Assembly: GCA_030167145.1 (NCBI GenBank)
Contig: CP126532.1
Span: forward strand, 4,020,001-4,052,000
Length of the DNA: 32,000 nt
Origin: Ktedonobacterales bacterium
GTDB lineage: Bacteria > Chloroflexota > Ktedonobacteria > Ktedonobacterales > JADMIN01
Direction of reading: 5' to 3'
Made by a program: the position numbers and the translations under genes. The notes beneath the pieces were generated by a model. The model was not told the DNA's origin. It was given only the letters and a program-made list of their open reading frames with translations, and ran no database searches. The stretch's first letter is position 1. Each line of letters begins with the position of its first letter. This document shows, one piece after another, positions 16,652-25,296 of this stretch.

Positions 16652-17404
16652 ATGGCGCCGGAGATCACGTACAGGCGTGTGCTGCTGAAGCTGAGCGGCG
16701 AGGCGCTCATGGGCGAGCAAGGCTACGGCATTGATACTGATGTCCTGCACTATATCGCGCGTGAGGTGACGCCGGTGCATGCGCTTGGAGTGGAGATTGC
16801 CATCGTCATCGGCGGCGGCAACATCTTGCGCGGCAAGACTGCGGCGGCGGCGGGCATGGATCGCGCGCAGGCGGACTATATGGGCATGCTGGCGACGGCG
16901 ATCAACGCGCTGGCGCTGCAAGACGCGCTGGAATCCGCTGGGCTGACGACGCGGGTGCAGACGGGGTTTCCGATGCCTGCCGTGGCGGAGCCGTTCATAC
17001 GCCGCCGGGCCACGCGCCATCTGGAAAAAGGGCGCGCGGTGATCCTGGCGGCGGGGACAGGTAATCCGTATTTCACCACGGATACGGCCGCGGCGCTGCG
17101 GGCGGTGGAGATGAACTGCCAGGTGTTGCTGAAGGCGACCAAGGTAGACGGCGTGTATAACGCCGACCCAATGCGCGACGCGACGGCGCGGCGCTTTCGC
17201 GAGATTGGCTATATGCGCGCGCTGAATATGGGACTGGCGGTGATGGATTCGACGGCGCTCTCGCTCTGCAAAGACAATAGTCTGCCGATTGTGGTCTTCG
17301 ATATGCACACGCCAGGGAATCTGGCGGCGATTGTGACGGGCGCGCAGCGCGGCACGCTGGTACACGAGATGCCGGAGGGGCGCGATGCGCTCTGGGCGGA
17401 CTAG
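16652..17404 (+). CDS. pyrH: UMP kinase
   Basis: [24 protein letters not shown] and [10 protein letters not shown] motifs. AAGGAG RBS. Confidence 0.95.
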   Translation: MAPEITYRRVLLKLSGEALMGEQGYGIDTDVLHYIAREVTPVHALGVEIAIVIGGGNILRGKTAAAAGMDRAQADYMGMLATAINALALQDALESAGLTTRVQTGFPMPAVAEPFIRRRATRHLEKGRAVILAAGTGNPYFTTDTAAALRAVEMNCQVLLKATKVDGVYNADPMRDATARRFREIGYMRALNMGLAVMDSTALSLCKDNSLPIVVFDMHTPGNLAAIVTGAQRGTLVHEMPEGRDALWAD

Positions 17405-17486
17405 ACTCACGGAACTGGAACACACGAGATAGAACAACATGTGTTGATCGCCCGTCGAAATGACGCGGCTGGAAGGAGCGGACTCG

Positions 17487-18044
17487 ATGGCTGGTGACAT
17501 CTTCGCGGATGCCGAGCATCGCATGCGGGGGGCGGTCGAAGCGCTTGGCCGCGAGCTTCAGACGCTGCGCACCGGGCGGGCAAGCCCAGCGCTGGTTGAG
17601 CGGCTGCAAGTGGAATATTACGGCGCGGCGCAGCCGCTGCAAGGGCTGGCGACGATCCACGCGACGGATGCGCGCACGCTGACCATTCAGCCGTTTGACC
17701 CCAAGGCGATTGCCGAGATAGAGAAGGCGATTCTCAAGAGTGACCTGGGCTTGAATCCGAGCAATGATGGCCGGGTGATTCGAATTACGCTACCGCCGCT
17801 GACGGAAGAGCGGCGCAAGGATTTGGTCAAGGTGGTCCACAAGAAGACCGATGAGGCGAAGATTGCGGTGCGCAACATCCGGCGCGACGCGCACGATCAT
17901 CTGCGGGATGAGGAGAAGAAGAAGGAAATCTCCGCCGATGATCTGAAGCGGGGCACTGACCGCCTGCAAAAGCTGACCGACAAATATGTCGCGGAGGTAG
18001 ATAAGGTCGGCGCGGCGAAGGAGCAGGAGGTGCTCTCCGTCTGA
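17487..18044 (+). CDS. frr: ribosome recycling factor
   Basis: LRTGRASPALVERLQVEYYG and IRITLPPLTEERRKDLVK motifs. GGAAGGAG lies upstream of ATG 17487. Confidence 0.95.
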   Translation: MAGDIFADAEHRMRGAVEALGRELQTLRTGRASPALVERLQVEYYGAAQPLQGLATIHATDARTLTIQPFDPKAIAEIEKAILKSDLGLNPSNDGRVIRITLPPLTEERRKDLVKVVHKKTDEAKIAVRNIRRDAHDHLRDEEKKKEISADDLKRGTDRLQKLTDKYVAEVDKVGAAKEQEVLSV

Positions 18045-18134
18045 GGGCGGTACGGTTTGTATGACGAGCGTTGCGGGTGGGTTGGTTTTGGCAGCCAGCC
18101 CACCAAATAGAGCAGGCAAAACGAGCACGTTATC

Positions 18135-19019
18135 ATGGCAAAGAGTTATTTTCGCAATCTTCTGACAGCGGTGGGCGTCGCGCTCGATGGCGGCGCACGC
18201 CAGCGTGAAGCGGAACGGCAGAGTGAGCTGGCGCGGCTGACGATCCGCGACGGCCGCGCGATTCCCCAGCACATCGCGATTATCATGGATGGCAACGGGC
18301 GCTGGGCGACCCAGCGGCATCTGCCGCGTGCGGTGGGGCATCCCGCTGGGGTGGAGGCGTTGCGGCGGGTGGTGCAGCTTGCCAACGATTACAGCGTGCC
18401 GATGCTCACGGTGTATGCCTTCTCCACGGAGAATTGGGGCCGTCCGCAGGAGGAAGTGGACGCGCTGATGCGGCTGATGTGGGAGACGATACGCACGGAT
18501 GTAGACCGCCTGAACCGTGAGGGCGTGCGGCTGCGCCATATCGGGCGGCTGGAAGGGCTGGCCCAGGATGTGCGGGATGCGATTGCCTGGATGCAAGACT
18601 TGACGCGCGACAACGATAAGCTGACCCTGAACGTCTGCTTCAACTATGGCGGGCGCGTGGAGATCGTGGACGCGGTACGCGCGATTGTGGCGGCAGGCAT
18701 CCCCACCGAGCAGGTGACGGAAGAATTGATCGAGCGCCATCTCTATACGCACGGGCTGCCCGACCCAGATCTGGTGATTCGCACGGCGGGTGAGATGCGC
18801 CTGAGCAATTATCTCATCTGGCAGGCGGCCTACGCCGAGTATTATTCGACGCCGACGCTCTGGCCGGATTTCGACCGCGACGATTTTGTGGCGGCGCTGG
18901 ATGCCTTTGCACAACGCAAGCGGAAGTTTGGTAAACTAGATACACAGGTTGCGCCCGCCACACCACAGCCCGTCGCGGCGTCCACGCTGGCGCGGCCACT
19001 GGCGGAGGGGGCGCGCTGA
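18135..19019 (+). CDS. uppS: isoprenyl transferase (undecaprenyl-diphosphate synthase family)
   Basis: HIAIIMDGNGRWA, YAFSTENW and RTAGEMRLSNYLIWQAAYAE motifs. The start is uncertain because no strong RBS is present. Confidence 0.9.
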   Translation: MAKSYFRNLLTAVGVALDGGARQREAERQSELARLTIRDGRAIPQHIAIIMDGNGRWATQRHLPRAVGHPAGVEALRRVVQLANDYSVPMLTVYAFSTENWGRPQEEVDALMRLMWETIRTDVDRLNREGVRLRHIGRLEGLAQDVRDAIAWMQDLTRDNDKLTLNVCFNYGGRVEIVDAVRAIVAAGIPTEQVTEELIERHLYTHGLPDPDLVIRTAGEMRLSNYLIWQAAYAEYYSTPTLWPDFDRDDFVAALDAFAQRKRKFGKLDTQVAPATPQPVAASTLARPLAEGAR

Positions 19020-19069
19020 GGTTGCACCGGCGCCTTCCGGTGTGTTCGTGAGCGAAAGGCTCTTTGCAG

Positions 19070-20011
19070 ATGAGCAAAGCCGTCGGCGCTACCAAGAAAG
19101 CAGCGGCATCTGGCTCGGCAAACTCCACCTGGCTCAGCGCGCTGGGCCAGCGGGCGCTGACGGCGCTGGTGCTGATCCCGATTGTCATCGCACTAATCTT
19201 TTTCGGCGGCTGGGTGGCGTTTGCTGGTGCGGTGGTCGCGCTGGCGATTGGCGTGTCTGAGTTGCATGTGATGTATCGGCATGATGCCAGCAAGGGTTGG
19301 CGTCCGCTGACGGCGTTGATCTTCGGCATGGGCCTGCTCTTCCTTATTGCGGCGCGCGTGCTGATCCTCGCGGCGAATCCGCTGGCGGTGCTGGCAATTC
19401 TGGCGCTGGGCATTAGCGCGCTGATCGTGCTCTCCTTTGGCTGGTTGCTGCTGACGAACCGGCCATATGACCATATGCTGACCGATTGGGCGCTGACGAT
19501 GGGCAGCGCCTTCTATCTGGGTTGGCCGCTGGCGGGACTGCTGGTGCTGCGCGGCGATACATTGGGCGCGGCGTCGGCGGGCTTTTGGTGGCTGCTGGCG
19601 CTGTTCTTCATGGCGTGGGCGAATGATACCTTCGCGCTGCTCACTGGCCATTATTTCGGGCGGCACAAGCTCGCGCCGCATGTCAGCCCGGCCAAGACAT
19701 GGGAAGGATTCTACGGCGGACTGGTGTTCACGGTGATTGCGGCGTTCGTCTTCCTGATGGGCCTGCCCACACTCTTCGGGCATGCGCTGCCGGTGCGCTG
19801 GTGGGACGCGATCATCCTGGGGATATTGGTGGCGCTGGCGGCGACGGTGGGCGATCTGGCGGAGTCGCTGCTGAAGCGGGCGACGGGCGTGAAGGATAGC
19901 GGGACAATCATGCCGGGGCATGGGGGCATCCTCGACCGCATGGATAGCCTGCTGTTCGTAATCCTGGTGGTGCTATTCTACGCGGCGGCGTTGCATGGAA
20001 TACCACTGTAG
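19070..20011 (+). CDS. cdsA: phosphatidate cytidylyltransferase
   Basis: Polytopic membrane protein with the SPAKTWEGFYGG and GHGGILDRMDS signature. Occupies the conserved position after uppS. Confidence 0.85.
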   Translation: MSKAVGATKKAAASGSANSTWLSALGQRALTALVLIPIVIALIFFGGWVAFAGAVVALAIGVSELHVMYRHDASKGWRPLTALIFGMGLLFLIAARVLILAANPLAVLAILALGISALIVLSFGWLLLTNRPYDHMLTDWALTMGSAFYLGWPLAGLLVLRGDTLGAASAGFWWLLALFFMAWANDTFALLTGHYFGRHKLAPHVSPAKTWEGFYGGLVFTVIAAFVFLMGLPTLFGHALPVRWWDAIILGILVALAATVGDLAESLLKRATGVKDSGTIMPGHGGILDRMDSLLFVILVVLFYAAALHGIPL

Positions 20012-20018
20012 CCTAGGA

Positions 20019-20076
20019 GCGGGCGGTTGAAACCGCGCCTGAAGGCCTGCGGCCACGAAACCCGCCGTCGCGGGTT
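20019..20076 (+). repeat. 58-nt structured intergenic repeat, copy A
   Basis: gcgggcggttgaaaccgcgcctgaaggcctgcggccacgaaacccgccgtcgcgggtt. It matches the reverse complement of 28223-28281 at ~85-88% identity with one 1-nt indel, and folds as an imperfect palindrome. Confidence 0.8.
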
Positions 20077-20197
20077 GGGCAGAGCGTGACAATTGAAAAG
20101 ACTCTGTCAACTGTGGTCGGGGTGCGGTAGAATGGCTTTGGCTTCGTTGTATGATTGTTGGCGAGGCTGCGGTGACTGTGTGGAGCAGGAAGTAGAG

Positions 20198-20638
20198 ATG
20201 AAGCGTCGGCGCGCCATAGCAGCAATTGTGATGCGGTGCATAGGAATCCTGGCCATTATTTTTCTACCGTTCGGTCTATTTCCGCATGGGTTTCAGGATA
20301 CTGCGCTGGATAACTGGAGCACTATCGCTTGGTTTGAGGCATATATTTGGATCAGTGTGATCATCATATTCTTCGAGCTTACGATAGGCACGCCGGTAGA
20401 GGGACATGTGGAGCACTACATTGGCCCGGTAGTACGTAGCATTGGCAAGGTAGCTGCGCTCCTCATCGTTGTCGGGGCAATTGTGCGAGGTTTAGATGCT
20501 TTGGGGTTTCATTTCGTCCAAGGCACGCTTGTTTTCGTTCTAACCTTCTTTTTTCTCAATGTGACGCTCATTTGCGTTGATTTCTTTCTTGGAAGGGCGT
20601 TGATCCAGATCGCCAGGGATGCGCGTGCTCATCAATGA
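20198..20638 (+). CDS. hypothetical 4-TM membrane protein (146 aa), low-GC
   Basis: ATG 20198 follows GGAGCAGGAAG. Four hydrophobic helices. Local GC is ~43-50% against ~65% background. No family recognised. Confidence 0.5.
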   Translation: MKRRRAIAAIVMRCIGILAIIFLPFGLFPHGFQDTALDNWSTIAWFEAYIWISVIIIFFELTIGTPVEGHVEHYIGPVVRSIGKVAALLIVVGAIVRGLDALGFHFVQGTLVFVLTFFFLNVTLICVDFFLGRALIQIARDARAHQ

Positions 20639-20754
20639 CGTGTGTTGCAAAGGGACTGACCGATCACTTTGACAGCATCGCGCACGTCCGCCCAGGCGGA
20701 TGTGGCCAGTCTCCGACCTGGGCAGGCGCGACATGCGGGTCGTGATGTCTGATT

Positions 20755-20946
20755 TCAACGAACGCCGTGACTTCCACCGTGGGCGGGTGGGGCGGGAGCG
20801 GTGACATTCGACCTGGCTCCCCCTCCCGTTGACGGAGGATTGGTGCGATTTGGCTGACCGCAGGCCGAGAGGCTGCCCAGCACGACAAGCAGAGCCAGGA
20901 CGCCTGCGCAGACGATGCGATTCAGTGGGCGAAGAGTCGCTTGCAT
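20755..20946 (-). CDS. putative small lipoprotein (63 aa)
   Basis: ATG 20946 lies 6 nt after GGGAG. Signal peptide with a lipobox-like LGSLSAC, then a Pro/Gly/Thr-rich tail. The upstream part of ORF 20755..21252 looks non-coding. Confidence 0.4.
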   Translation of the reverse strand: MQATLRPLNRIVCAGVLALLVVLGSLSACGQPNRTNPPSTGGGARSNVTAPAPPAHGGSHGVR

Positions 20947-21046
20947 AGGATCTCCCTGTCTTTCCTCGAAGTTGACGCTTGACGGCCAGTAGAACCCGCG
21001 GGCGCCGTCTCGAATCCAGTGTGTGCGGCGCGTGCCCTCCAGACCA

Positions 21047-21087
21047 CCGACAACTCGGACAAACGCCCCGACAACGACTCGGACAAT
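21047..21087. promoter_or_regulatory. 21-bp-phased direct repeat CCGACAAC(GAC)TCGGACAA x2 in a divergent promoter region
   Basis: Copies at 21047-21063 and 21068-21087, ~145-185 nt upstream of the HTH-containing sensor gene. An operator function is inference only. Confidence 0.3.
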
Positions 21088-21229
21088 GGCGCCGTCGCGT
21101 GGCACGGATGATGTAGCAGGTCGAAGGTTGCGATGCTCTCGTGACGCGGCGATATTGCGTATGGCTGGTATATAGGGATGCTGAACTCTGTAGGTGAGAG
21201 CCGAACAGTGTTGAACGGGGAGGCCGGCC

Positions 21230-24200
21230 ATGGCCGCACCTTCGCTCGTCACCTTTGCCGATCTACTGCGGCGCTACCGCACGGCTGCTGGCCTCACCCA
21301 GGAAGAGCTGGCCGAGGAGGCGGGGCTGAGCGTTGACGCCATCAGCACGCTGGAGCGCGGCGTGCGCCGTGCGCCTCGCAAGGATACTGTTGCGCTGCTG
21401 GCCGACGCCCTGGACCTCGGACCCGACGACCGCGCCGCCTTCGCGCTCGCGGCCCGCCCCTTTCCGTCCCCAGCTATGGCGGCCACACCCGATGCGGATG
21501 TCGCGCACGATGGGCACGCGCCTGCCCCTTCCGCCGCTCTGCCACACGGCGCCGTCACCTTCCTCTTTGCCGATATCGAAGGGTCCACGCGCCTGCTCTG
21601 GCGGCTCGGCGACGACTACGCCGACGTGCTGAGCACAGTGCAGGCGCGCTTGCAGGCCGTGTGGGCGGCCCACGATGGCCACGAGCTAGGCACGCAGGCG
21701 GACCACTTCTTCGCTGTCTTCGCCCGCCCCAGCGACGCACTGGCGGCGGCAGCGGAGGCGCAGCGGATGCTGGCCGTGCAGACCTGGCCGGAGGGCGTGC
21801 CGGTGCGGATACGCATGGGCGTGCATACCGGCGCCGCGCTGCTGACGGCGGGCCGGTACGTCGGGCTGGAGGTGCAGCGGGCGGCGCGCATTGCCGCGGC
21901 GGGCCATGGCGGTCAGATGTTGGTCTCGCAGGCCAGCCATGACCTGGCCGGGCGGGATGGCCTGCCAGCGGGCGCACGGCTGCGCGACCTGGGCAAGCAC
22001 AGGTTGCGCGGACTGGGGAGCCGCGAGCGACTCTATCAGTTCGTGCTGCCCAACCTGCCCGCAACCTTCCCGCCGCTGCGGACGCTGGGCGCGTGGCCGG
22101 GGGTGCGCGCAGACCTGGCAGCGGCGGCGATGCTGAGCGTCGTCCTGCTCGCGGTCGCAGGGCTGCTGCTGTCGCTCTTCGTGCCCGCGTTCCCATCCAC
22201 GATTGGGCTGGCGGCGGGCGGGCTGGCGCTGGTTCTGCTGCTGGGGTCCGCGCTGGCCCGTCCGGTGCGCGGTCTGCTGGCGACGCAGTGGCGCGACGCG
22301 CGCAAGGGCGTCTCCGCTGCCGTCAGCGTGCTGCTGAGTCTGGTCATCGTCGTCACCACGCTCTTCATCACCAAGCCCACGCTGTTTGCGCGACCTCCGA
22401 ATAGTGGCTACGACTTCACCTACACCTACCATTGGCCGACACGCACCGGCGGCTCGGCCGTCATCGCCGAAGCCTGGGGCAACTCGATCCTTTCCCCACC
22501 GGGGTTGACAGGACCAAACGGGCTGAGTTATGAAGGGCTGTGGCAAGGGTGTATCGTGCAACTACCCGATGTTTCCCTGGGGGTTGATAGCTGGCTGCCC
22601 GACCAGTGTACCGAGGTGCCCACGGTCGCCAATGGCGGCCAGAGCGTGGACTACAAGACGACGATCTTCCATATCGCTCCGCAAGCCGTCTGGTCCGATG
22701 GGCAGCCGATCACCGCCGATGACTTTCTCTTCTCCTTCAAACTCTATACCGATCCCAACATCGGTGGCGGCGGGGATCCCCTCGATTACATGACACTCAC
22801 CAAGGTTGACACGCGCACCGTCCAGATCAAGTGGTCTGTCGCCTACACCTGGTATCTCAACGTGCTTGGAGGTCTGATTCCCGTGCCGCTGCACGTGTAT
22901 GGGACGGGGAAATTTGCCGGGGTGTATGATACGGCGACGGGCGCGTACAACTCCGCGCTGGCGCAGCGGATGGTGGCGCAGGCCCGCTTCAACACGACCA
23001 TCCCGGTGGATAACGGCCCCTTCCTGGTGAAGAGCGTCTATCCGCCCAGCCCCGACGTGCTGCCGGTCAACAGCGTCAAAATCCTCTTCATGCAGCTCAG
23101 CCGTGTCGTGCTGGTGAGGAATCCCCGCTTCTTCTCGAATTTCTTCCGTCATCCCGCAGCGCTGGACCAGGTCACGTTCGTGACCTTCGGGAACAGCCCC
23201 TTGACAAACCATCAGGATACAGTCGGCATATTGCGCGCGAATGAAAACGCCATAATCGCCAGTTACCGGAGGGGCGAGCTGACCCTGACCGACGGTATGG
23301 AGCCGAGCATCCTGAAGCAGTTGGGTGGTATTCCCAAGAATGAGGTGAGCATCAGTCCGCTGATCTCGCTGCTGGAAATCGGGTTCAACCTGCGCAGCGT
23401 GGCCCCCAACGCGCGGGCCAACGGCGGGGCATCGGTCTTCGACGACCGCAATGTACGCAAGGCGTTCGTCGAAGCATTCGACCGCTGCGCAGCGATGCGC
23501 GCGGAGCTGGGCATCCACGACTGCACCGACCCGAACCTACATACCGACGAGTACACCGCACGGCCCGACCCGGCCTATGACCCGACCGTGACCCTGCCAA
23601 AGTACAACCCAACCGACGCCGCCGCGCTGCTGGATCGCGCGGGATTTCCGGTGGTGGGCGGTATCCGGCGGTTCAAAGACGGCACGACCCCTTTCGAGAT
23701 TACGATTCTTCTCTCGTACAATGGCCAGGCGAACAAGGGTTTCGCCCTGCGGATGCAGCAGGATTACGCCAAAAATCTCAAGATCGGCGTGACCGTGCAG
23801 CCGCCAAAAGGGCAAATCTTCTCCAACTTCGATGAGGGCGGACTGGCGACGATTGGCGCCTTCGACCTCCTACTTTACGGTGACGGTGGCTCGCCGGATA
23901 CGTTTGCGCCGCTCAGCTTCGCCGGGTTTACCAGTGCGAATATTCCCAGCGCGAAGAATGTGGACGGGGGAAACGACTGGGGCATCGTTGATCCGCAGAT
24001 TGAGTCGCAAGTACAGCTAGCAAATCAGACGCTGAATGACGCCCAGCGTGCGCTCGTCTTGCGTAACTTGCAGCGCTACTTTGCCCAGCAGTTCTATTTG
24101 GAGCCGGTCTACGTCGAGGCCGACGTCGAGTTAGTGAAGCCAACGCTCTGCAATTTCAAGAAGTGGCCGGGCGCCGGGATCGGCGGTACATTCAATACCT

Positions 24201-24241
24201 GGAACATGGCGGACTGGTACGAGGCGTCCAGTTGCCCATAG
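21230..24241 (+). CDS. multidomain membrane protein: XRE-type HTH + class III cyclase-homology domain + 3 TM + family-5 solute-binding domain
   Basis: GGGGAGG RBS. HTH is aa ~8-62 (LTQEELAEEAGLSVDAISTLERG). The cyclase-homology domain is aa ~107-275 (FLFADIEGST, ADHFFAVF, GLEVQRAARI, DLGKHRLRG...FPPLRTL). Three hydrophobic helices at aa ~296-383. The C-terminal ~530 aa carries the SBP_bac_5 signature AVWSDGQPITADDFLFSF (22685-22738). Confidence 0.85.
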   Translation: MAAPSLVTFADLLRRYRTAAGLTQEELAEEAGLSVDAISTLERGVRRAPRKDTVALLADALDLGPDDRAAFALAARPFPSPAMAATPDADVAHDGHAPAPSAALPHGAVTFLFADIEGSTRLLWRLGDDYADVLSTVQARLQAVWAAHDGHELGTQADHFFAVFARPSDALAAAAEAQRMLAVQTWPEGVPVRIRMGVHTGAALLTAGRYVGLEVQRAARIAAAGHGGQMLVSQASHDLAGRDGLPAGARLRDLGKHRLRGLGSRERLYQFVLPNLPATFPPLRTLGAWPGVRADLAAAAMLSVVLLAVAGLLLSLFVPAFPSTIGLAAGGLALVLLLGSALARPVRGLLATQWRDARKGVSAAVSVLLSLVIVVTTLFITKPTLFARPPNSGYDFTYTYHWPTRTGGSAVIAEAWGNSILSPPGLTGPNGLSYEGLWQGCIVQLPDVSLGVDSWLPDQCTEVPTVANGGQSVDYKTTIFHIAPQAVWSDGQPITADDFLFSFKLYTDPNIGGGGDPLDYMTLTKVDTRTVQIKWSVAYTWYLNVLGGLIPVPLHVYGTGKFAGVYDTATGAYNSALAQRMVAQARFNTTIPVDNGPFLVKSVYPPSPDVLPVNSVKILFMQLSRVVLVRNPRFFSNFFRHPAALDQVTFVTFGNSPLTNHQDTVGILRANENAIIASYRRGELTLTDGMEPSILKQLGGIPKNEVSISPLISLLEIGFNLRSVAPNARANGGASVFDDRNVRKAFVEAFDRCAAMRAELGIHDCTDPNLHTDEYTARPDPAYDPTVTLPKYNPTDAAALLDRAGFPVVGGIRRFKDGTTPFEITILLSYNGQANKGFALRMQQDYAKNLKIGVTVQPPKGQIFSNFDEGGLATIGAFDLLLYGDGGSPDTFAPLSFAGFTSANIPSAKNVDGGNDWGIVDPQIESQVQLANQTLNDAQRALVLRNLQRYFAQQFYLEPVYVEADVELVKPTLCNFKKWPGAGIGGTFNTWNMADWYEASSCP

Positions 24242-24396
24242 GCGAGCGCGCCGGAGGATCGCGCTTGCGCTGTCGAGCTTCACGGCGGCACATCTCGTGC
24301 GGATGTTCTGATCCCAGTGCTGTTGGCCGAATAAGGAGATCCCCCGCGTGCCTGGGATTGGATGACCAGGCAACAGACGCCACAGGAAGAAGAACC

Positions 24397-25203
24397 ATGG
24401 GCAAGACGATTGTATTCGTTCACGGGGCGTGGCTTACCTCCCTCTCCTGGGAGAACTTTATCCCATACTTCGAGCAGAAGGGCTACACGTGTCTCGCGCC
24501 GGAGTGGCCGTACCGAGATAAACCCGTCGAGGAACTACGAAAGAATACCCCGCCCGAACTGGCCGAAGTCGGGGTCAAGGAGCTGACCGATCACTTTGAC
24601 GGTATCGTGCGGGCGCTCCCTGAGCCGCCAATCTTGATCGGGCATTCCTTCGGCGGGTTGATCGTCCAGCAATTGCTGGATCGCGGCCTGGGCAGCGCCG
24701 GGGTTGCCCTTGACGCGGTTGCGCCCCAGGGCGTGCTGGCGGTGGATTGGACGGTTTTGAAAGCGAATTCGAGCACCCTATTCAGGTGGATGAATTGGGA
24801 CAAAGTGCTGACGATGACCTTTCCTGAGTTCCAGTTTGCCTTCGTCAACACCTTCCCAGAAGCGCAACAGAAGGCGCCGTACGACCGGTATGTGGTGCCA
24901 GAGACGGGGCGTATCTTCTTCCAGGCGGCGTTTGCCGCGCTGGATCCGCATCACGCGCTGCACGTCAACTTCGAGAACCCGACACGTGCGCCGCTGCTGT
25001 TGATCGCGGGTGAGAATGATCATTTGGTGCCCGCACACGTCGTCAAGTCCAATTATGAGCACCATCAGCGCTCGGCGGCGCGCACAGACTTCCACGAGTT
25101 CGCGGGGCGCGCGCACCTGCTTACCTCGCAGGATGGATGGGAAGAGGTTGCTGGCTTCGTTGCCAACTGGCTCGACCAACTGCCTGCCAAGCCAGTGCGC
25201 TAG
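24397..25203 (+). CDS. alpha/beta-fold hydrolase
   Basis: MGKTIVFVHGAW start, GHSFGG nucleophile elbow, and C-terminal D/H region (ENDHLVP...HEFAGRAH). AGGAAG lies upstream of ATG 24397. Confidence 0.85.
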   Translation: MGKTIVFVHGAWLTSLSWENFIPYFEQKGYTCLAPEWPYRDKPVEELRKNTPPELAEVGVKELTDHFDGIVRALPEPPILIGHSFGGLIVQQLLDRGLGSAGVALDAVAPQGVLAVDWTVLKANSSTLFRWMNWDKVLTMTFPEFQFAFVNTFPEAQQKAPYDRYVVPETGRIFFQAAFAALDPHHALHVNFENPTRAPLLLIAGENDHLVPAHVVKSNYEHHQRSAARTDFHEFAGRAHLLTSQDGWEEVAGFVANWLDQLPAKPVR

Positions 25204-25296
25204 CCAGCGCGCCGAGTGTAGATCAGGTCGCGCTCAAGGATATCCATGCCCACTTTGCGGTAGACACGCTGCGCACGCAAGGTTGATCCTTGAGGA

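Noticed and set aside
15149-17524. 791-aa ORF antisense to rpsB, tsf and pyrH
   Set aside because: It lies opposite three universally conserved genes and is extremely Arg/Pro/His/Gln-rich. This is the expected stop-codon-poor antisense frame of high-GC coding DNA. The same reasoning rejects 6401..8377 (antisense to tyrS), 5412..6512 (pepP-like), 1193..2008, 17790..18914, 22562..23518, 28766..30160 and 30243..30833.
18076-18104. Hairpin GGTGGGTTGG...CCAGCCCACC between frr and uppS as a terminator
   Set aside because: The 10-bp stem is real (with one G-U pair), but no U-tract follows on either strand, and the conserved frr-uppS-cdsA order suggests read-through. It is at most an mRNA-stability element and is not reported as a terminator.
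20019-20080. Integron attC (59-base element) interpretation of the 58/59-nt imperfect palindrome. GTTGGGC at the 3' end of copy A fits GTTRRRY, and the stem is bulged.
   Set aside because: There is no matching RYYYAAC inverse core at the 5' end. Copy B lacks the GTTRRRY match (it reads GGTTCGG). No intI integrase or cassette array is in the window, and the two copies are 8 kb apart among housekeeping genes. I kept it as a generic structured repeat instead. An attC covariance-model scan (IntegronFinder) would test this.
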